64,000 nt of DNA from Bacteroidota bacterium (lineage in GTDB: Bacteria > Bacteroidota > Bacteroidia > Bacteroidales > VadinHA17). The position numbers and the translations under genes were made by a program. The notes beneath the pieces are model-generated. The model ran no database searches, was not told where the DNA came from, and saw only the letters and a program-made list of their open reading frames with translations. The DNA is taken from the NCBI GenBank assembly GCA_011050615.1, contig DRFJ01000048.1, positions 1,216-65,215 on the forward strand, read 5' to 3'. Positions 17,513 through 27,558 of the stretch are shown here, piece by piece; the first letter of the stretch is position 1; every line of letters starts with the position of its first letter.

Positions 17513-18913
17513 ATGAGTATAAAGAACCAGAGAACTCTTGCCAGGGGAATCAGCCTGAAAGGTAAAGGCTTACATTCAGGAATCGATGTTACCGTTACCT
17601 TCAAGCCCGCTCCCGTGGATCATGGTTATAAGTTTTGCAGGGTTGACCTGCCCGGGAAACCCGTTATCAGGGCACTGGCAGAAAATGTTACTGACACCAC
17701 AAGGGGTACAACCCTGCAGGAGAATGGAGTATCCGTAGCAACAATAGAGCATGTGCTCGCGTCTTTCTACGGTATGAACCTCGATAATGTTCTTGTTGAA
17801 ATTGACGGACCCGAAGCCCCGATAATGGGTGGGAGCGCAATGAAGTTTACCGAGGCAATAATAAAAGCTGGTATAGTCGAACAAAAATCACTCAGAAAAT
17901 ACTTTGAGGTAAAGGAAAAAATTGTTTACTCCGATGAAGAACATGGTGTTGATCTAATAATATATCCCGATGACCATCTAAGTATTAATGTCCTGATCGA
18001 CTACAATTCGAAAATACTTGGCAACCAGTATGCGGTGCTCAACAACAAGGATGATTTTGTTAACGAGATATCAAGGAGCAGGACTTTCGTCTTCTTCCAT
18101 GAACTTGAACCTCTGTTCAAGGCAGGCAGGATAAAGGGAGGAGATCTCGATAATGCTATAGTTATTCTCGAGAGAGAAGTGCCACAGTCCGAGATCGACC
18201 GTATTGCCAGAATGTTTAACAAGCCCAATATTACTGCTCATAAGGAAGGTATTTTAAATAATACGGCGCTTCGTTATCCCAATGAGCCGGCACGTCACAA
18301 ACTGCTTGATTTACTTGGAGACATGGCACTTGTAGGGCAGCATATCAAAGGGAAAATTGTTGCTACAAGGCCGGGTCACATGGCCAATACAAACCTGGCA
18401 AGACTGGTGAGGCAGGAAATAAAGAAGGCTGCATCCAAAAAAGATATTCCTGTTTATGATCCTGCTGCTGAGCCTGTATTCGGGATTGACGAAATCAAGA
18501 AAAGACTTCCTCACCGCTATCCCTTCCTGATGGTTGATAAGGTCATTAAGATGGATGAAAGCACAGTGGTGGGAATTAAAAATGTTACCTTTAATGAACA
18601 TTTCTTCCAGGGGCATTTCCCTGATGAACCGGTAATGCCGGGAGTATTGCTTGTTGAATCAATGGCCCAGGTAGGGGGAATGCTTGTCCTGGCCGAGGTG
18701 GAAGATCCTGAAAATTGGTCAACATATTTTCTTAAAATTGATAAGGTAAAATTTAAACAAAAAGTTGTACCTGGTGATACCCTGATAATTAAGCTTAATA
18801 TGTCTGAACCCCCAAGAAGGGGTATTGTCTCAATGTACGGGCATATTTACGTAGGGAACAAACTCGTTGTGGAAGGAGAAATGGTTGCCCAGGTAGTTAA
18901 AAATAAAGAATAA
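17513..18913 (+). CDS. lpxC/fabZ: Bifunctional UDP-3-O-acyl-GlcNAc deacetylase / 3-hydroxyacyl-ACP dehydratase (LpxC-FabZ fusion)
   Basis: 466 aa. LpxC part has GKGLHSG, TIEHVLA, HELEP..., HKLLDLLGD. FabZ hot-dog part has LPHRYPFLMVD...FFQGHFPDEPVMPGVLLVESMAQ. This is a known Bacteroidota architecture. Confidence 0.93.
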   Translation: MSIKNQRTLARGISLKGKGLHSGIDVTVTFKPAPVDHGYKFCRVDLPGKPVIRALAENVTDTTRGTTLQENGVSVATIEHVLASFYGMNLDNVLVEIDGPEAPIMGGSAMKFTEAIIKAGIVEQKSLRKYFEVKEKIVYSDEEHGVDLIIYPDDHLSINVLIDYNSKILGNQYAVLNNKDDFVNEISRSRTFVFFHELEPLFKAGRIKGGDLDNAIVILEREVPQSEIDRIARMFNKPNITAHKEGILNNTALRYPNEPARHKLLDLLGDMALVGQHIKGKIVATRPGHMANTNLARLVRQEIKKAASKKDIPVYDPAAEPVFGIDEIKKRLPHRYPFLMVDKVIKMDESTVVGIKNVTFNEHFFQGHFPDEPVMPGVLLVESMAQVGGMLVLAEVEDPENWSTYFLKIDKVKFKQKVVPGDTLIIKLNMSEPPRRGIVSMYGHIYVGNKLVVEGEMVAQVVKNKE

Positions 18914-19692
18914 TGATTTCAGACCAGGCTTTTATTCATCCGGATGCCAGGCTCGGAAAGGATGTCACTGTCGATCCCTTTGCTTACATTGCCGGGGATG
19001 TAATAATAGGTGATGGCAGCCGGATAGGTCCCAATGCAACAATCCTTGATGGTGCACGCATGGGAAAAAACTGCAGGGTTTTTCCGGGTGCAGTTATATC
19101 AGCCATACCTCAGGACATGAAATATGCGGGTGAGAAAACAACCACTGAAATTGGTGATAACTGTACCTTCAGGGAAGGAGCTACCATAAATAAAGGCACG
19201 GCTTCACTGGGTAAAACCATTATGGGGAATGACTGCCTTATGATGGCCAATTCTCATGTTGCACATGACTGTATAATAGGAAATAATTGCATACTGGTGA
19301 ATAATGTCCTTCTGGCAGGTGAAGTACATATAGACGATTATGCAATTATGGGAGGAGGATCGGCAGCTCACCAGTTTACGCATGTGGGTGCCCACGCCAT
19401 GATAAGCGGCGGAGCCATGTTTAAAAAGGATATTCCACCCTATGCGATGATAAAGCATGACCCGGTAGGCTTTGCCGGAATAAATAAAATTGGCCTTAAA
19501 AGGAGAGGTTTCAGCCAGGAAAGCATTGATCAGATTGAAGAAATCTATAAAATAATATATTTCAGTGGGAGGAATATAAGCCAGGCCATGCAATACCTTA
19601 AAGATAATTTTGAATCCACCGCTGAATTGAATTATATTATTGGATTCATAGAAAACTCAAAACGCGGAATCCTAAAATCGGCAATCAGGTAG
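18913..19692 (+). CDS. lpxA: Acyl-ACP--UDP-N-acetylglucosamine O-acyltransferase
   Basis: 259 aa. Hexapeptide repeats followed by the helical C-terminal domain (GLKRRGFSQESIDQIEEIYKIIY). ATG overlaps the lpxC/fabZ stop (TAATG). Confidence 0.92.
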   Translation: MISDQAFIHPDARLGKDVTVDPFAYIAGDVIIGDGSRIGPNATILDGARMGKNCRVFPGAVISAIPQDMKYAGEKTTTEIGDNCTFREGATINKGTASLGKTIMGNDCLMMANSHVAHDCIIGNNCILVNNVLLAGEVHIDDYAIMGGGSAAHQFTHVGAHAMISGGAMFKKDIPPYAMIKHDPVGFAGINKIGLKRRGFSQESIDQIEEIYKIIYFSGRNISQAMQYLKDNFESTAELNYIIGFIENSKRGILKSAIR

Positions 19693-19809
19693 AGACCTTG
19701 ATAATCGCGCCTCTACACCGTCCTCCATTCACCGGTCGTTGACCCCGTTCGTCGTTAGTCGTTCACCGTTCGTCGCATTTTATTTACCTTTACATATAAT
19801 TTTACAGTC

Positions 19810-20802
19810 ATGCCGGATAAAGAACAATCAAATGAAGAGGGTTTCGGAAAATATATCCTGATAGATAAATTAAAAAATAAATACCCGGAAGCATTTGGTG
19901 ACACCGGATCATACGGTGCTGTTTCGGGCATACTCTGCCTCGAGGGTATACATTTCAATCTTGTTTATTTCCCCCTGCAGCACCTGGCTTATAAGACAGT
20001 CATAAATTCAATAGCTGATCTTTACTGCAGAAATGTTTTGCCTCTTAATATTATCGTCAATATAGGGTTGAGCGCCCGTTTTAAAAAGCCAGATATAGAA
20101 AATCTTATTGAAGGTATGTTATTAGCATGCAAAAGATATGGATTAAAGATCTCTTCACTGGATATAAGCAGCTCACTGACAGGACTGGCTATCAGTATTG
20201 CCTCAACAGGAAAAAGGACTGATGGTTTCAGGCAGGTAAAAGCTGAGGAGACTGACCTTATTTGTGTCACAGGTGATCTTGGCGCTGCCTTCCTTGGTCT
20301 GCAGTTGCTCGAACGTGAAAGAAAGGTTTTTGAAGCTACCGGGGGAGCACAGCCAAAGCTGGAGGGTTTTGAATATGTTATCGGGCGGCAGTTGAAGCCT
20401 GATATAAAAGTAAATGTGCTGGAAGAAATAAAAGAAGAAGGAATAGCTACCGGTGTGATCAGGACTGTCAGGGATGGCCTGGCATCAGAAATTATTCATA
20501 TAAGTAGGGAAACCGGTATGGGATGCAGGATTTACCACGACAGGCTGCCGATTGACCGTGATGCCTCAGCGGCAGGCCGGGAGCTTGGCTTCGAGCCTCT
20601 TATTGCTGCCCTTAATGGAGGAGATGATTTCGAATTTGTTTTTACCGCACCGGTTAGTGAACACGCAAAGATCGAAAAGATCGAAAAATTGAGCATAATA
20701 GGTCATCTTGTTCCCCGCAGTGAAGGGAATAGCCTGGTGCTCCAGGATGGCAGCCTGGCTGAACTGAAGGCACAGGGCTGGACCGAATCCCCGATTCGCT
20801 AA
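19810..20802 (+). CDS. thiL: AIR-synthase/PurM-fold protein, thiamine-monophosphate kinase-like
   Basis: 330 aa. LEGIHF, SIADLYCRN, VTGDLGAAFLGLQLL and LNGGDDFEFVFTAP match ThiL-type motifs. The N-terminal metal-binding DDAA-like motif is degenerate (GDTGSYGAV). Confidence 0.55.
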   Translation: MPDKEQSNEEGFGKYILIDKLKNKYPEAFGDTGSYGAVSGILCLEGIHFNLVYFPLQHLAYKTVINSIADLYCRNVLPLNIIVNIGLSARFKKPDIENLIEGMLLACKRYGLKISSLDISSSLTGLAISIASTGKRTDGFRQVKAEETDLICVTGDLGAAFLGLQLLERERKVFEATGGAQPKLEGFEYVIGRQLKPDIKVNVLEEIKEEGIATGVIRTVRDGLASEIIHISRETGMGCRIYHDRLPIDRDASAAGRELGFEPLIAALNGGDDFEFVFTAPVSEHAKIEKIEKLSIIGHLVPRSEGNSLVLQDGSLAELKAQGWTESPIR

Positions 20803-20805
20803 TCA

Positions 20806-22422
20806 TCATTCAAGAATGACTTTCTGGTTCTTCGGATACTTAACGGCATAAGTTAAGATAAATACCTTTGAGCTGCCCGCGGGGATAGTAGTGTCCCATA
20901 CCACTTCTCCGCTTATTTCATTAAGTCTTCCTCCGGAAAGTTCTGTTACCTCTACTTCTATGTCTTTATTTTGTGACACGGGTATCTGATCGTAGACAAT
21001 GATATGTATATCAGAAGACTTGTTGTTTCTGATGCTAATTTCAAATGAGCGGGTATCAATCCTGTTGCTCCCAATTGTTCTGACAAGTGTATACTCTTTT
21101 CGTCTCTCCCTTTTAACCGTAATATTATTATCCGTTCCCAGTGAAACATTAAGAGTGTCAGAAATCTGGTTTGTGTTCAGGATGGTGGTACCGGTAAAGG
21201 TATTCCCAAAATAGATATTGGTTTCCCCGTTCATAAGGTTCAATGCTTCCCATTCCGGTATGTCTGCAGTAAGGAAGGCATCCTCACGCAATTTGGGCAC
21301 TGCAATGTATTTATAACCTGCTTCAGCACTTAATTGTTGCAATTCAATTGTGTTGATCTTTCCATCGGAACTGATTTTTTGTGGTATGTCTACTTCGAAG
21401 GAAAAACTGGTGTTAGTCCTGGCAATATTAACCGGGGGTGCGTCTGCTTCCTGAACCGGAACGGCTTCCTCGAGTGTGAAGAACATTTCTTCTTCATCCG
21501 GAATATCCATCGTTTGTGGCCGGGCTATTCCTTTTGCTGACTTAAAGTTCGCAGAGGGCTGCACATAAAAATTCAGATACAAGGGCAGCAGTACCGGCAG
21601 GCTGCCTGACATGGATGGATTGGCACTGGAGAAGCTGAGTAATACATTATCCCATTCTTTGCCCGTATTCTGGTGTAAGTTAGCCTTATAATATAATCTG
21701 ATATCCTCGTCTATGTCATCAAGCCTTATATCATATGAGGGATACCATCCTGCATTTGAGACAAGGTAGCTGAGAGTTATTTTGCCCCTTGCAGGAGTAG
21801 GTGAGCTTACTGATACCAAAAGCTCTGAACTTGGCATTTTTGATTCGCGTAGTGTCAGGTTTAGCTGGTTCTCAAGCTTTTGTTTTTCTTCCTCATATTT
21901 TTTTATCAGCCTGTTTTTCTCAAGGATGCCCTTTCTGACTGACTCTATTGAGGATGTATAGAGGTCAGTAATATTTTTTAATTCCTGGGCACTGATATTC
22001 TCATTTTTTCCCGTAACAATCCTGTTTGCGGTCAGGAAACTCTCCTTTTCCTTTAATATGCCGATCCCGGTTTTTTCATCCTCAATACGGGTTTCTAGTT
22101 CCTCTATTCTTCCGCTGATTTTTTTTACTTCCTCAGATTCCCCGGTTGGTTCAAGGAAATTCATCCTGGTGTTTACGGAAATAATCATAAAATCCCCTTC
22201 TCCCTTTACCTGCATGCTGGAAGGCTCGGCATAGGGCGACAAACCGCTTATTCTTAGAATTGACTTACCCTCGCCTTTACTGAATAATGCTTCCCTGTTG
22301 ATCTGGGCCCTGTCGGGAAACACAGTCACACTGGTTATTTTCGAGTCAATATTCACGTATTCCTGTGAACTGATTGTCATAGTTGCCAGCAACAAGGCTA
22401 TGAAGGGAATTATTGTTTTCAT
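20806..22422 (-). CDS. DUF4139/DUF4140 (MuiA-like) secreted protein
   Basis: 538 aa. Signal peptide, N-terminal TSVTVFPDRAQINRE motif typical of DUF4140, central coiled coil, and a beta-rich C-terminal two thirds. Recognition-level call. Confidence 0.6.
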   Translation of the reverse strand: MKTIIPFIALLLATMTISSQEYVNIDSKITSVTVFPDRAQINREALFSKGEGKSILRISGLSPYAEPSSMQVKGEGDFMIISVNTRMNFLEPTGESEEVKKISGRIEELETRIEDEKTGIGILKEKESFLTANRIVTGKNENISAQELKNITDLYTSSIESVRKGILEKNRLIKKYEEEKQKLENQLNLTLRESKMPSSELLVSVSSPTPARGKITLSYLVSNAGWYPSYDIRLDDIDEDIRLYYKANLHQNTGKEWDNVLLSFSSANPSMSGSLPVLLPLYLNFYVQPSANFKSAKGIARPQTMDIPDEEEMFFTLEEAVPVQEADAPPVNIARTNTSFSFEVDIPQKISSDGKINTIELQQLSAEAGYKYIAVPKLREDAFLTADIPEWEALNLMNGETNIYFGNTFTGTTILNTNQISDTLNVSLGTDNNITVKRERRKEYTLVRTIGSNRIDTRSFEISIRNNKSSDIHIIVYDQIPVSQNKDIEVEVTELSGGRLNEISGEVVWDTTIPAGSSKVFILTYAVKYPKNQKVILE

Positions 22423-22550
22423 TGACCTGAATGTTTTAATTGTTTCCTCTGATGCAAGTTAATGAAAAAAATCAGCATTATTCGGCAAGACGGTATTGTC
22501 GCTTCCGGTATATGCATATTTTTTTATTTTTGTCTGTAAATGGATAATTT

Positions 22551-23126
22551 ATGAAAACAACTTTCGGGCCTCAAAAAATAATGTTTCCATGCCCCACAGC
22601 ACTGGTAGTGACGGGAACCATGGAAAGAGCCAATATTGTGACCATAGCCTGGGTTAGCCTGCTTGCCAGCCAGCCCCCCACCCTGGGAATATCGGTTGGG
22701 CAAAAAGGATATTCAGGCCGGGAGATAAAAAAGAATGGTGAATTTACAGTGAATATTGCATCGGTTGATATAATGACCGAAGCAGATTTTTGCGGTATAA
22801 GCTCAGGCAGGGATACCGACAAGTTCCGGGAGACCGGTCTGACTAAGATGGCTTCAAAAGTTGTTAAATCACCGATAATTAAAGAATGCCCTCTCAACCT
22901 TGAATGCGTACTAATTGAGTCGAATATAGTAGGAATAACCAATCATTTTATCGGCAGGATAGTGGAGACACATATTGACACTGACAAGCTGGCCGACACA
23001 GGTGAATATACATCCTTTGACATAGAGGCCATTGATCCTCTTATTTATATAGGGGGAGCAAGGGAATACCGTAGTCTGGGTGACAGGATAGGTGATGCCT
23101 ACAGTGCCGGTAAAAAACTGAAATAA
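22551..23126 (+). CDS. Flavin reductase-like (flavoredoxin) domain protein
   Basis: 191 aa. PCPTALVVTG...NIVTIAWVSLLASQPPTLGISV...EFTVNI matches the FMN-binding split-barrel flavin reductase family pattern. Confidence 0.75.
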   Translation: MKTTFGPQKIMFPCPTALVVTGTMERANIVTIAWVSLLASQPPTLGISVGQKGYSGREIKKNGEFTVNIASVDIMTEADFCGISSGRDTDKFRETGLTKMASKVVKSPIIKECPLNLECVLIESNIVGITNHFIGRIVETHIDTDKLADTGEYTSFDIEAIDPLIYIGGAREYRSLGDRIGDAYSAGKKLK

Positions 23127-23136
23127 TACGCTGTAG

Positions 23137-23355
23137 ATATTTCTGGAAACTGCTCCTGATCCTATTGATGCAATCAGGTTCAGAATGGATCAGATGAATC
23201 TGAAGCAGAAGGACATTGCTCCTCTTTTTGGTGGAGAGACAAGGGCCCCGGAAGTTCTAAAGGGGAAATGCCAGCTTACACTTAAAATGATAGTTATGTT
23301 AAACCACTACCTTGATATCCCTCTTGAATCATTAATCAGCGGCAACAAAACCTAC
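23137..23355 (+). pseudogene. N-terminally truncated HigA-like (COG5499-type) HTH antitoxin remnant
   Basis: The frame is open from 23137. APDPIDAIRFRMDQMNLKQKDIAPLFGGETRAPEVLKGKCQLTLKMIVMLNHYLDIPLESLI matches the C-terminal half (linker plus XRE-type HTH) of this antitoxin family. The approximately 55-aa N-terminal domain and the partner toxin gene are absent. Confidence 0.5.
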
Positions 23356-23729
23356 AAACTGGAATCCTTCTGCAAAATTATTCCAGGTAGCACCATAGCC
23401 CCGGCTGAAATATGTTCCGTTCCGCCTTCCGGTCCCGGAGAAAGCTGTGTCCGGCTGTGACTTAAAGCCTGTATTTCGTTAGTGTTGCTGTCATCGGCAT
23501 CTGTTATTCCGTTGGCAGGACTGGCAGAAAATACCGGATCAGACTCAGCAGAGAGACTTTCCACTGTTTTGGCATGCATTGCATAGGGAACACTTAACAA
23601 CTGGCTTGTTCCGGTTATAGTGTAATTGGATCCGCCAGCAGGGTTTGTTTCTGTCTTCAGGAAGCAGGTCCAAGAAATCACAACGGATTTTACGATCTTC
23701 AATTTAGGAAATGGAGGAATACAAGTCAA
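23352..23729 (-). pseudogene. Fragment of a repeat-containing surface/tail-fibre-like protein
   Basis: Contains SVPYAMHAKTVE and DSNTNEIQALS motifs, which I recognise from long repetitive Bacteroidota surface proteins. It has no signal peptide and no complete repeats, and is only 125 codons long. Confidence 0.35.
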
Positions 23730-23962
23730 TAAAATGAAAACTATATGCTATCATTTTTAATAAAGCCCCAGTAACTGTATGGCCAGCCTTTGTAAGAGGC
23801 TTCGGAAGGTAAATCAAGAAACAAACAGGCATAATTCAGTAGCTGCTTAAAATTTTGTATTTTTGTTGATTCTTTATCCGGATTAAATACATTTAAAGGA
23901 ACAATATGTAGATCCTGACTGTTAAGTAATAGGGCAGTAATGGATTAAATTGATGAGAGACG

Positions 23963-25411
23963 ATGGAAAAGGAGCAGGATAAAATACTGAATGAAGTAAC
24001 TTCAGGCGATTACAAGTATGGTTTTTATACCGATATAGATATGGAGACCATTCCGAAAGGGCTTAATGAAGATGTGGTCAGGCTCATTTCGGCAAAAAAG
24101 CAGGAGCCTGAATGGATGCTTGAATTCAGACTTAAGGCATATAAGGCCTGGCAGGGGAAAAAGATGCCTCAGTGGGCACACCTGAAGATTCCTGAGATAA
24201 ATTACCAGGATATAATTTATTATGCTGCTCCTAAACAAAAGGCAGGCTTAAGTAGCCTGGATGAGATTGATCCTGAACTCCTGGAAACCTTCAATAAACT
24301 CGGAATACCGCTGGAAGAGCAGAAGAGGCTGACAGGGGTGGCAGTGGATGCAGTTATGGACAGCATTTCAGTTAAAACAACATTTAAGGAAACACTTGCT
24401 GAACTGGGGATTATTTTCTGTTCATTCAGTGAAGCAGTACGTGAACACCCTGACCTGGTTAAGAAATACATGGGTACAGTGGTGCCGTACACCGATAATT
24501 ATTTTGCGGCACTTAACAGTGCTGTATTCAGTGACGGCTCATTCTGCTACATACCAAAAGGAGTAAGATGTCCCATGGAACTATCAACCTATTTCAGGAT
24601 AAACGCTGCCAATACCGGGCAATTTGAGCGCACCCTGATTGTGGCTGAAGACGACAGTTATTTAAGTTACCTTGAAGGATGCACGGCACCCATGAGGGAT
24701 GAAAATCAGTTGCATGCAGCAATTGTTGAAATTGTTGCGGAGAGGAATGCCGAAGTAAAATATTCAACGGTACAAAACTGGTATCCCGGTGATAAGAACG
24801 GTAAGGGGGGGATCTATAACTTTGTTACCAAGCGCGGAATATGCAAAGGGGAAAATTCTAAAATCTCCTGGACCCAGGTAGAAACGGGATCTGCAATAAC
24901 GTGGAAATATCCTTCATGCATATTGAAGGGGCATAACTCAAGTGGTGAATTTTATTCAGTTGCTGTTACAAACAATCACCAGCAGGCCGATACCGGGACA
25001 AAAATGATACATATGGGTAAAAACACAAGGAGCATTATTGTATCAAAAGGTATATCTGCAGGTAAAAGCCAGAACAGTTACCGGGGACTGGTGAAAGTAC
25101 TTAAAAACGCGTCTAACGCACGTAATTTTTCCCAATGCGACTCTCTCCTGCTTGGCGATAAGTGCGGTGCTCATACCTTTCCTTATGTGGAGGTGGATAA
25201 CCAGACAGGTATTGTAGAGCATGAAGCCACAACTTCAAAGATAGGAGAGGACCAGATATTCTATTGCAACCAGAGAGGCATAAGCACTGAGGATGCAATA
25301 GGACTGATAGTGAACGGTTATGCCAAAGAAGTGCTGAATAAACTGCCAATGGAGTTTGCAGTGGAAGCACAGAAGCTCTTACAGATAAGCCTGGAAGGAT
25401 CAGTAGGCTGA
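23963..25411 (+). CDS. sufB: Fe-S cluster assembly protein SufB
   Basis: 482 aa with highly conserved SufB sequence ([38 protein letters not shown]). Confidence 0.95.
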   Translation: MEKEQDKILNEVTSGDYKYGFYTDIDMETIPKGLNEDVVRLISAKKQEPEWMLEFRLKAYKAWQGKKMPQWAHLKIPEINYQDIIYYAAPKQKAGLSSLDEIDPELLETFNKLGIPLEEQKRLTGVAVDAVMDSISVKTTFKETLAELGIIFCSFSEAVREHPDLVKKYMGTVVPYTDNYFAALNSAVFSDGSFCYIPKGVRCPMELSTYFRINAANTGQFERTLIVAEDDSYLSYLEGCTAPMRDENQLHAAIVEIVAERNAEVKYSTVQNWYPGDKNGKGGIYNFVTKRGICKGENSKISWTQVETGSAITWKYPSCILKGHNSSGEFYSVAVTNNHQQADTGTKMIHMGKNTRSIIVSKGISAGKSQNSYRGLVKVLKNASNARNFSQCDSLLLGDKCGAHTFPYVEVDNQTGIVEHEATTSKIGEDQIFYCNQRGISTEDAIGLIVNGYAKEVLNKLPMEFAVEAQKLLQISLEGSVG

Positions 25412-25439
25412 TAATTTAACGATTCAACAATAAATAAAT

Positions 25440-26204
25440 ATGTTACAGATAGAAAACCTTAAGGTTGAAATAGAGGGTAGGGAAATACTGAAGGGTATAA
25501 CACTCAGTGTTAAAAAAGGTGAGATACATGCCATTATGGGACCAAATGGTTCGGGCAAAAGCACCCTTGCTTCGGTGCTGGCAGGGAAAAACTTTGGAGA
25601 GATTACAGGGGGCAAAATAACATACATGGGTAGAAACCTGCTGGAGATGGAGGCGGAAGACAGGGCAAAGGAGGGGATATTCCTGGGCTTCCAGTACCCC
25701 ATTGAAATACCCGGTGTCAGCATGGTTAATTTTATGAAGACCGCCGTAAATGAACACAGGAAATACAGGGGTGAAGAACCTTTGTCTTCATCGGATTTCC
25801 TTAAATTGATGAGGGAAAAGAAGGAACTTGTTAAAATTGAATCAGGCCTTACAAACAGATCAGTAAATGAGGGATTCTCGGGAGGAGAGAAAAAAAGAAA
25901 CGAAATATTCCAGATGGCCATGCTCGAACCAAAACTGGCAATTCTGGATGAAACAGATTCAGGACTGGATATTGATGCGTTAAAAATAGTGGCCAACGGG
26001 GTTAATGAACTGAAGACTCCCGAAAATGCTGCAATAGTGATTACTCACTACCAGCGTTTGCTCGATTATATAATACCTGACGTGGTACATGTGCTGTATG
26101 ATGGAAGGATAGTAAAAACAGGTGGTAAGGACCTTGCTGTTGAGCTTGAAAAGCTGGGATACGACTGGATAAAAAAAGGTGATGATACCGTAAAGTATGG
26201 ATAA
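25440..26204 (+). CDS. sufC: Fe-S cluster assembly ATPase SufC
   Basis: 254 aa. Walker A GPNGSGKST, signature FSGGEKKRNEI, Walker B AILDETDSGLD, H-loop ITHY. Confidence 0.95.
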   Translation: MLQIENLKVEIEGREILKGITLSVKKGEIHAIMGPNGSGKSTLASVLAGKNFGEITGGKITYMGRNLLEMEAEDRAKEGIFLGFQYPIEIPGVSMVNFMKTAVNEHRKYRGEEPLSSSDFLKLMREKKELVKIESGLTNRSVNEGFSGGEKKRNEIFQMAMLEPKLAILDETDSGLDIDALKIVANGVNELKTPENAAIVITHYQRLLDYIIPDVVHVLYDGRIVKTGGKDLAVELEKLGYDWIKKGDDTVKYG

Positions 26205-27558
26205 AAAAACTCAGACAATAAAGAGGTTCTCAAAACTGTTCACCGATAACAGCAGCAGGATTGAGAATAATTCTGCCGGACTGATAAACAGCTACCGCGG
26301 GGATGCCATGAAACAGTTTGTTGAACTGGGAATACCCGACCGTAAAAATGAGTCGTACAGGTATACAAATCTGGATCCCTGGTTCAATGCAGATTATAAA
26401 TCCTATTTTGTTCCCGGGGAAGAGGACTTTAAGGCAGCTGAAAATTTTGAATGTGAGGTTGCTGACCTCAATAGTTATGACCTGGTTTTGCTGAATGGCA
26501 TTCCTCCCAGGTATAATGGCACACTGGATGGCCTGCCTGAAGGTATATGGGTGGGCAGCCTTGTTGAAGCCGCTGAAAAATATCCCGATCTGGTAGCCAG
26601 GCATTACGGCAGATACGCACAGAATGGCAAGGACGGGCTTATCCCCCTGAATACTGCCCTTGCCTCTGATGGAATATTCGTATATATTGAAAGAGGAGTA
26701 ACACTGACAAATCCCGTTCAGATAATTAACCTGGTACATTCTGACCGGGACATGTTTGTGCAGCATCGTAACCTTATTGTTGTTGAAGATGAGGCGAAGC
26801 TGCCAATGATAGTGTGCGACCATGCCCTGTCCCCGCAGAAGTTTCTTACAAATGCAGTTACTGAAGTCTACGTTGGAGAAAATGCACATTTCGATATTCT
26901 GAGGGTGCAGAATGAACATAATAATGCTGCCAAACTTACTCATACATTCATACACCAGGAAAAGAACAGCTATGCCGTATCCAATAATATTACCCTACAT
27001 GGCGGACTTATCCGTAACAGCACATATCACAGGCTGAATGGTGAGGGAGCCGGGAGTAATGCCCTTGGCCTGTATCTGACTGACAGGTGGCAGCATGTAG
27101 ATAATTTTGTAAGCATAGATCATGCCTCTCCGAACTGCACAAGCAACCAGCTCTTCAAAGGAGTGCTTGATGATTTTGCAACCGGGGCTTTTAACGGGCG
27201 TATACTGGTTAACAGGGAAGCACAAAAAACCCTGGCTTACCAGAAAAATAATACTATCCTGCTGACTGATGATGCCAGGATGGATACCAAACCACAGCTG
27301 GAAATATATGCAGATGATGTGAAATGCAGTCATGGTGCAACGGTCGGGCAGCTTGATGAGGATGCAATGTTCTACCTGCGCTCCAGAGGTATAAATAAGG
27401 ATGAAGCCCGGCTTATGCTTATGTTTGGCTTTGCCCGTGAAGTAATAGAAAAAATAAGCACTGAAGCATTAAAAATCAGGATTGATGACCTGGTGCTGAA
27501 ACGCTTAAGAGGAGAATTGAGCAGGTGTGCAACCTGTAGCATAAACTGTGATAAATAA
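26197..27558 (+). CDS. sufD: Fe-S cluster assembly protein SufD
   Basis: 453 aa. C-terminal half is SufB/D-like (KPQLEIYADDVKCSHGATVGQLDEDAMFYLRSRGI). Overlaps the sufC stop by 8 nt. Confidence 0.9.
   Translation: MDKKTQTIKRFSKLFTDNSSRIENNSAGLINSYRGDAMKQFVELGIPDRKNESYRYTNLDPWFNADYKSYFVPGEEDFKAAENFECEVADLNSYDLVLLNGIPPRYNGTLDGLPEGIWVGSLVEAAEKYPDLVARHYGRYAQNGKDGLIPLNTALASDGIFVYIERGVTLTNPVQIINLVHSDRDMFVQHRNLIVVEDEAKLPMIVCDHALSPQKFLTNAVTEVYVGENAHFDILRVQNEHNNAAKLTHTFIHQEKNSYAVSNNITLHGGLIRNSTYHRLNGEGAGSNALGLYLTDRWQHVDNFVSIDHASPNCTSNQLFKGVLDDFATGAFNGRILVNREAQKTLAYQKNNTILLTDDARMDTKPQLEIYADDVKCSHGATVGQLDEDAMFYLRSRGINKDEARLMLMFGFAREVIEKISTEALKIRIDDLVLKRLRGELSRCATCSINCDK

Noticed and set aside
17513-18913. 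LpxC-FabZ two-enzyme fusion as a possible novelty.
   Set aside because: This bifunctional arrangement is the known, widespread state in Bacteroidota. It is useful as a taxonomic marker only.
25424-26955. 190-aa and 241-aa minus-strand ORFs antisense to sufC and sufD.
   Set aside because: They are shadow frames of highly conserved suf genes, with no motifs and no plausible start context.
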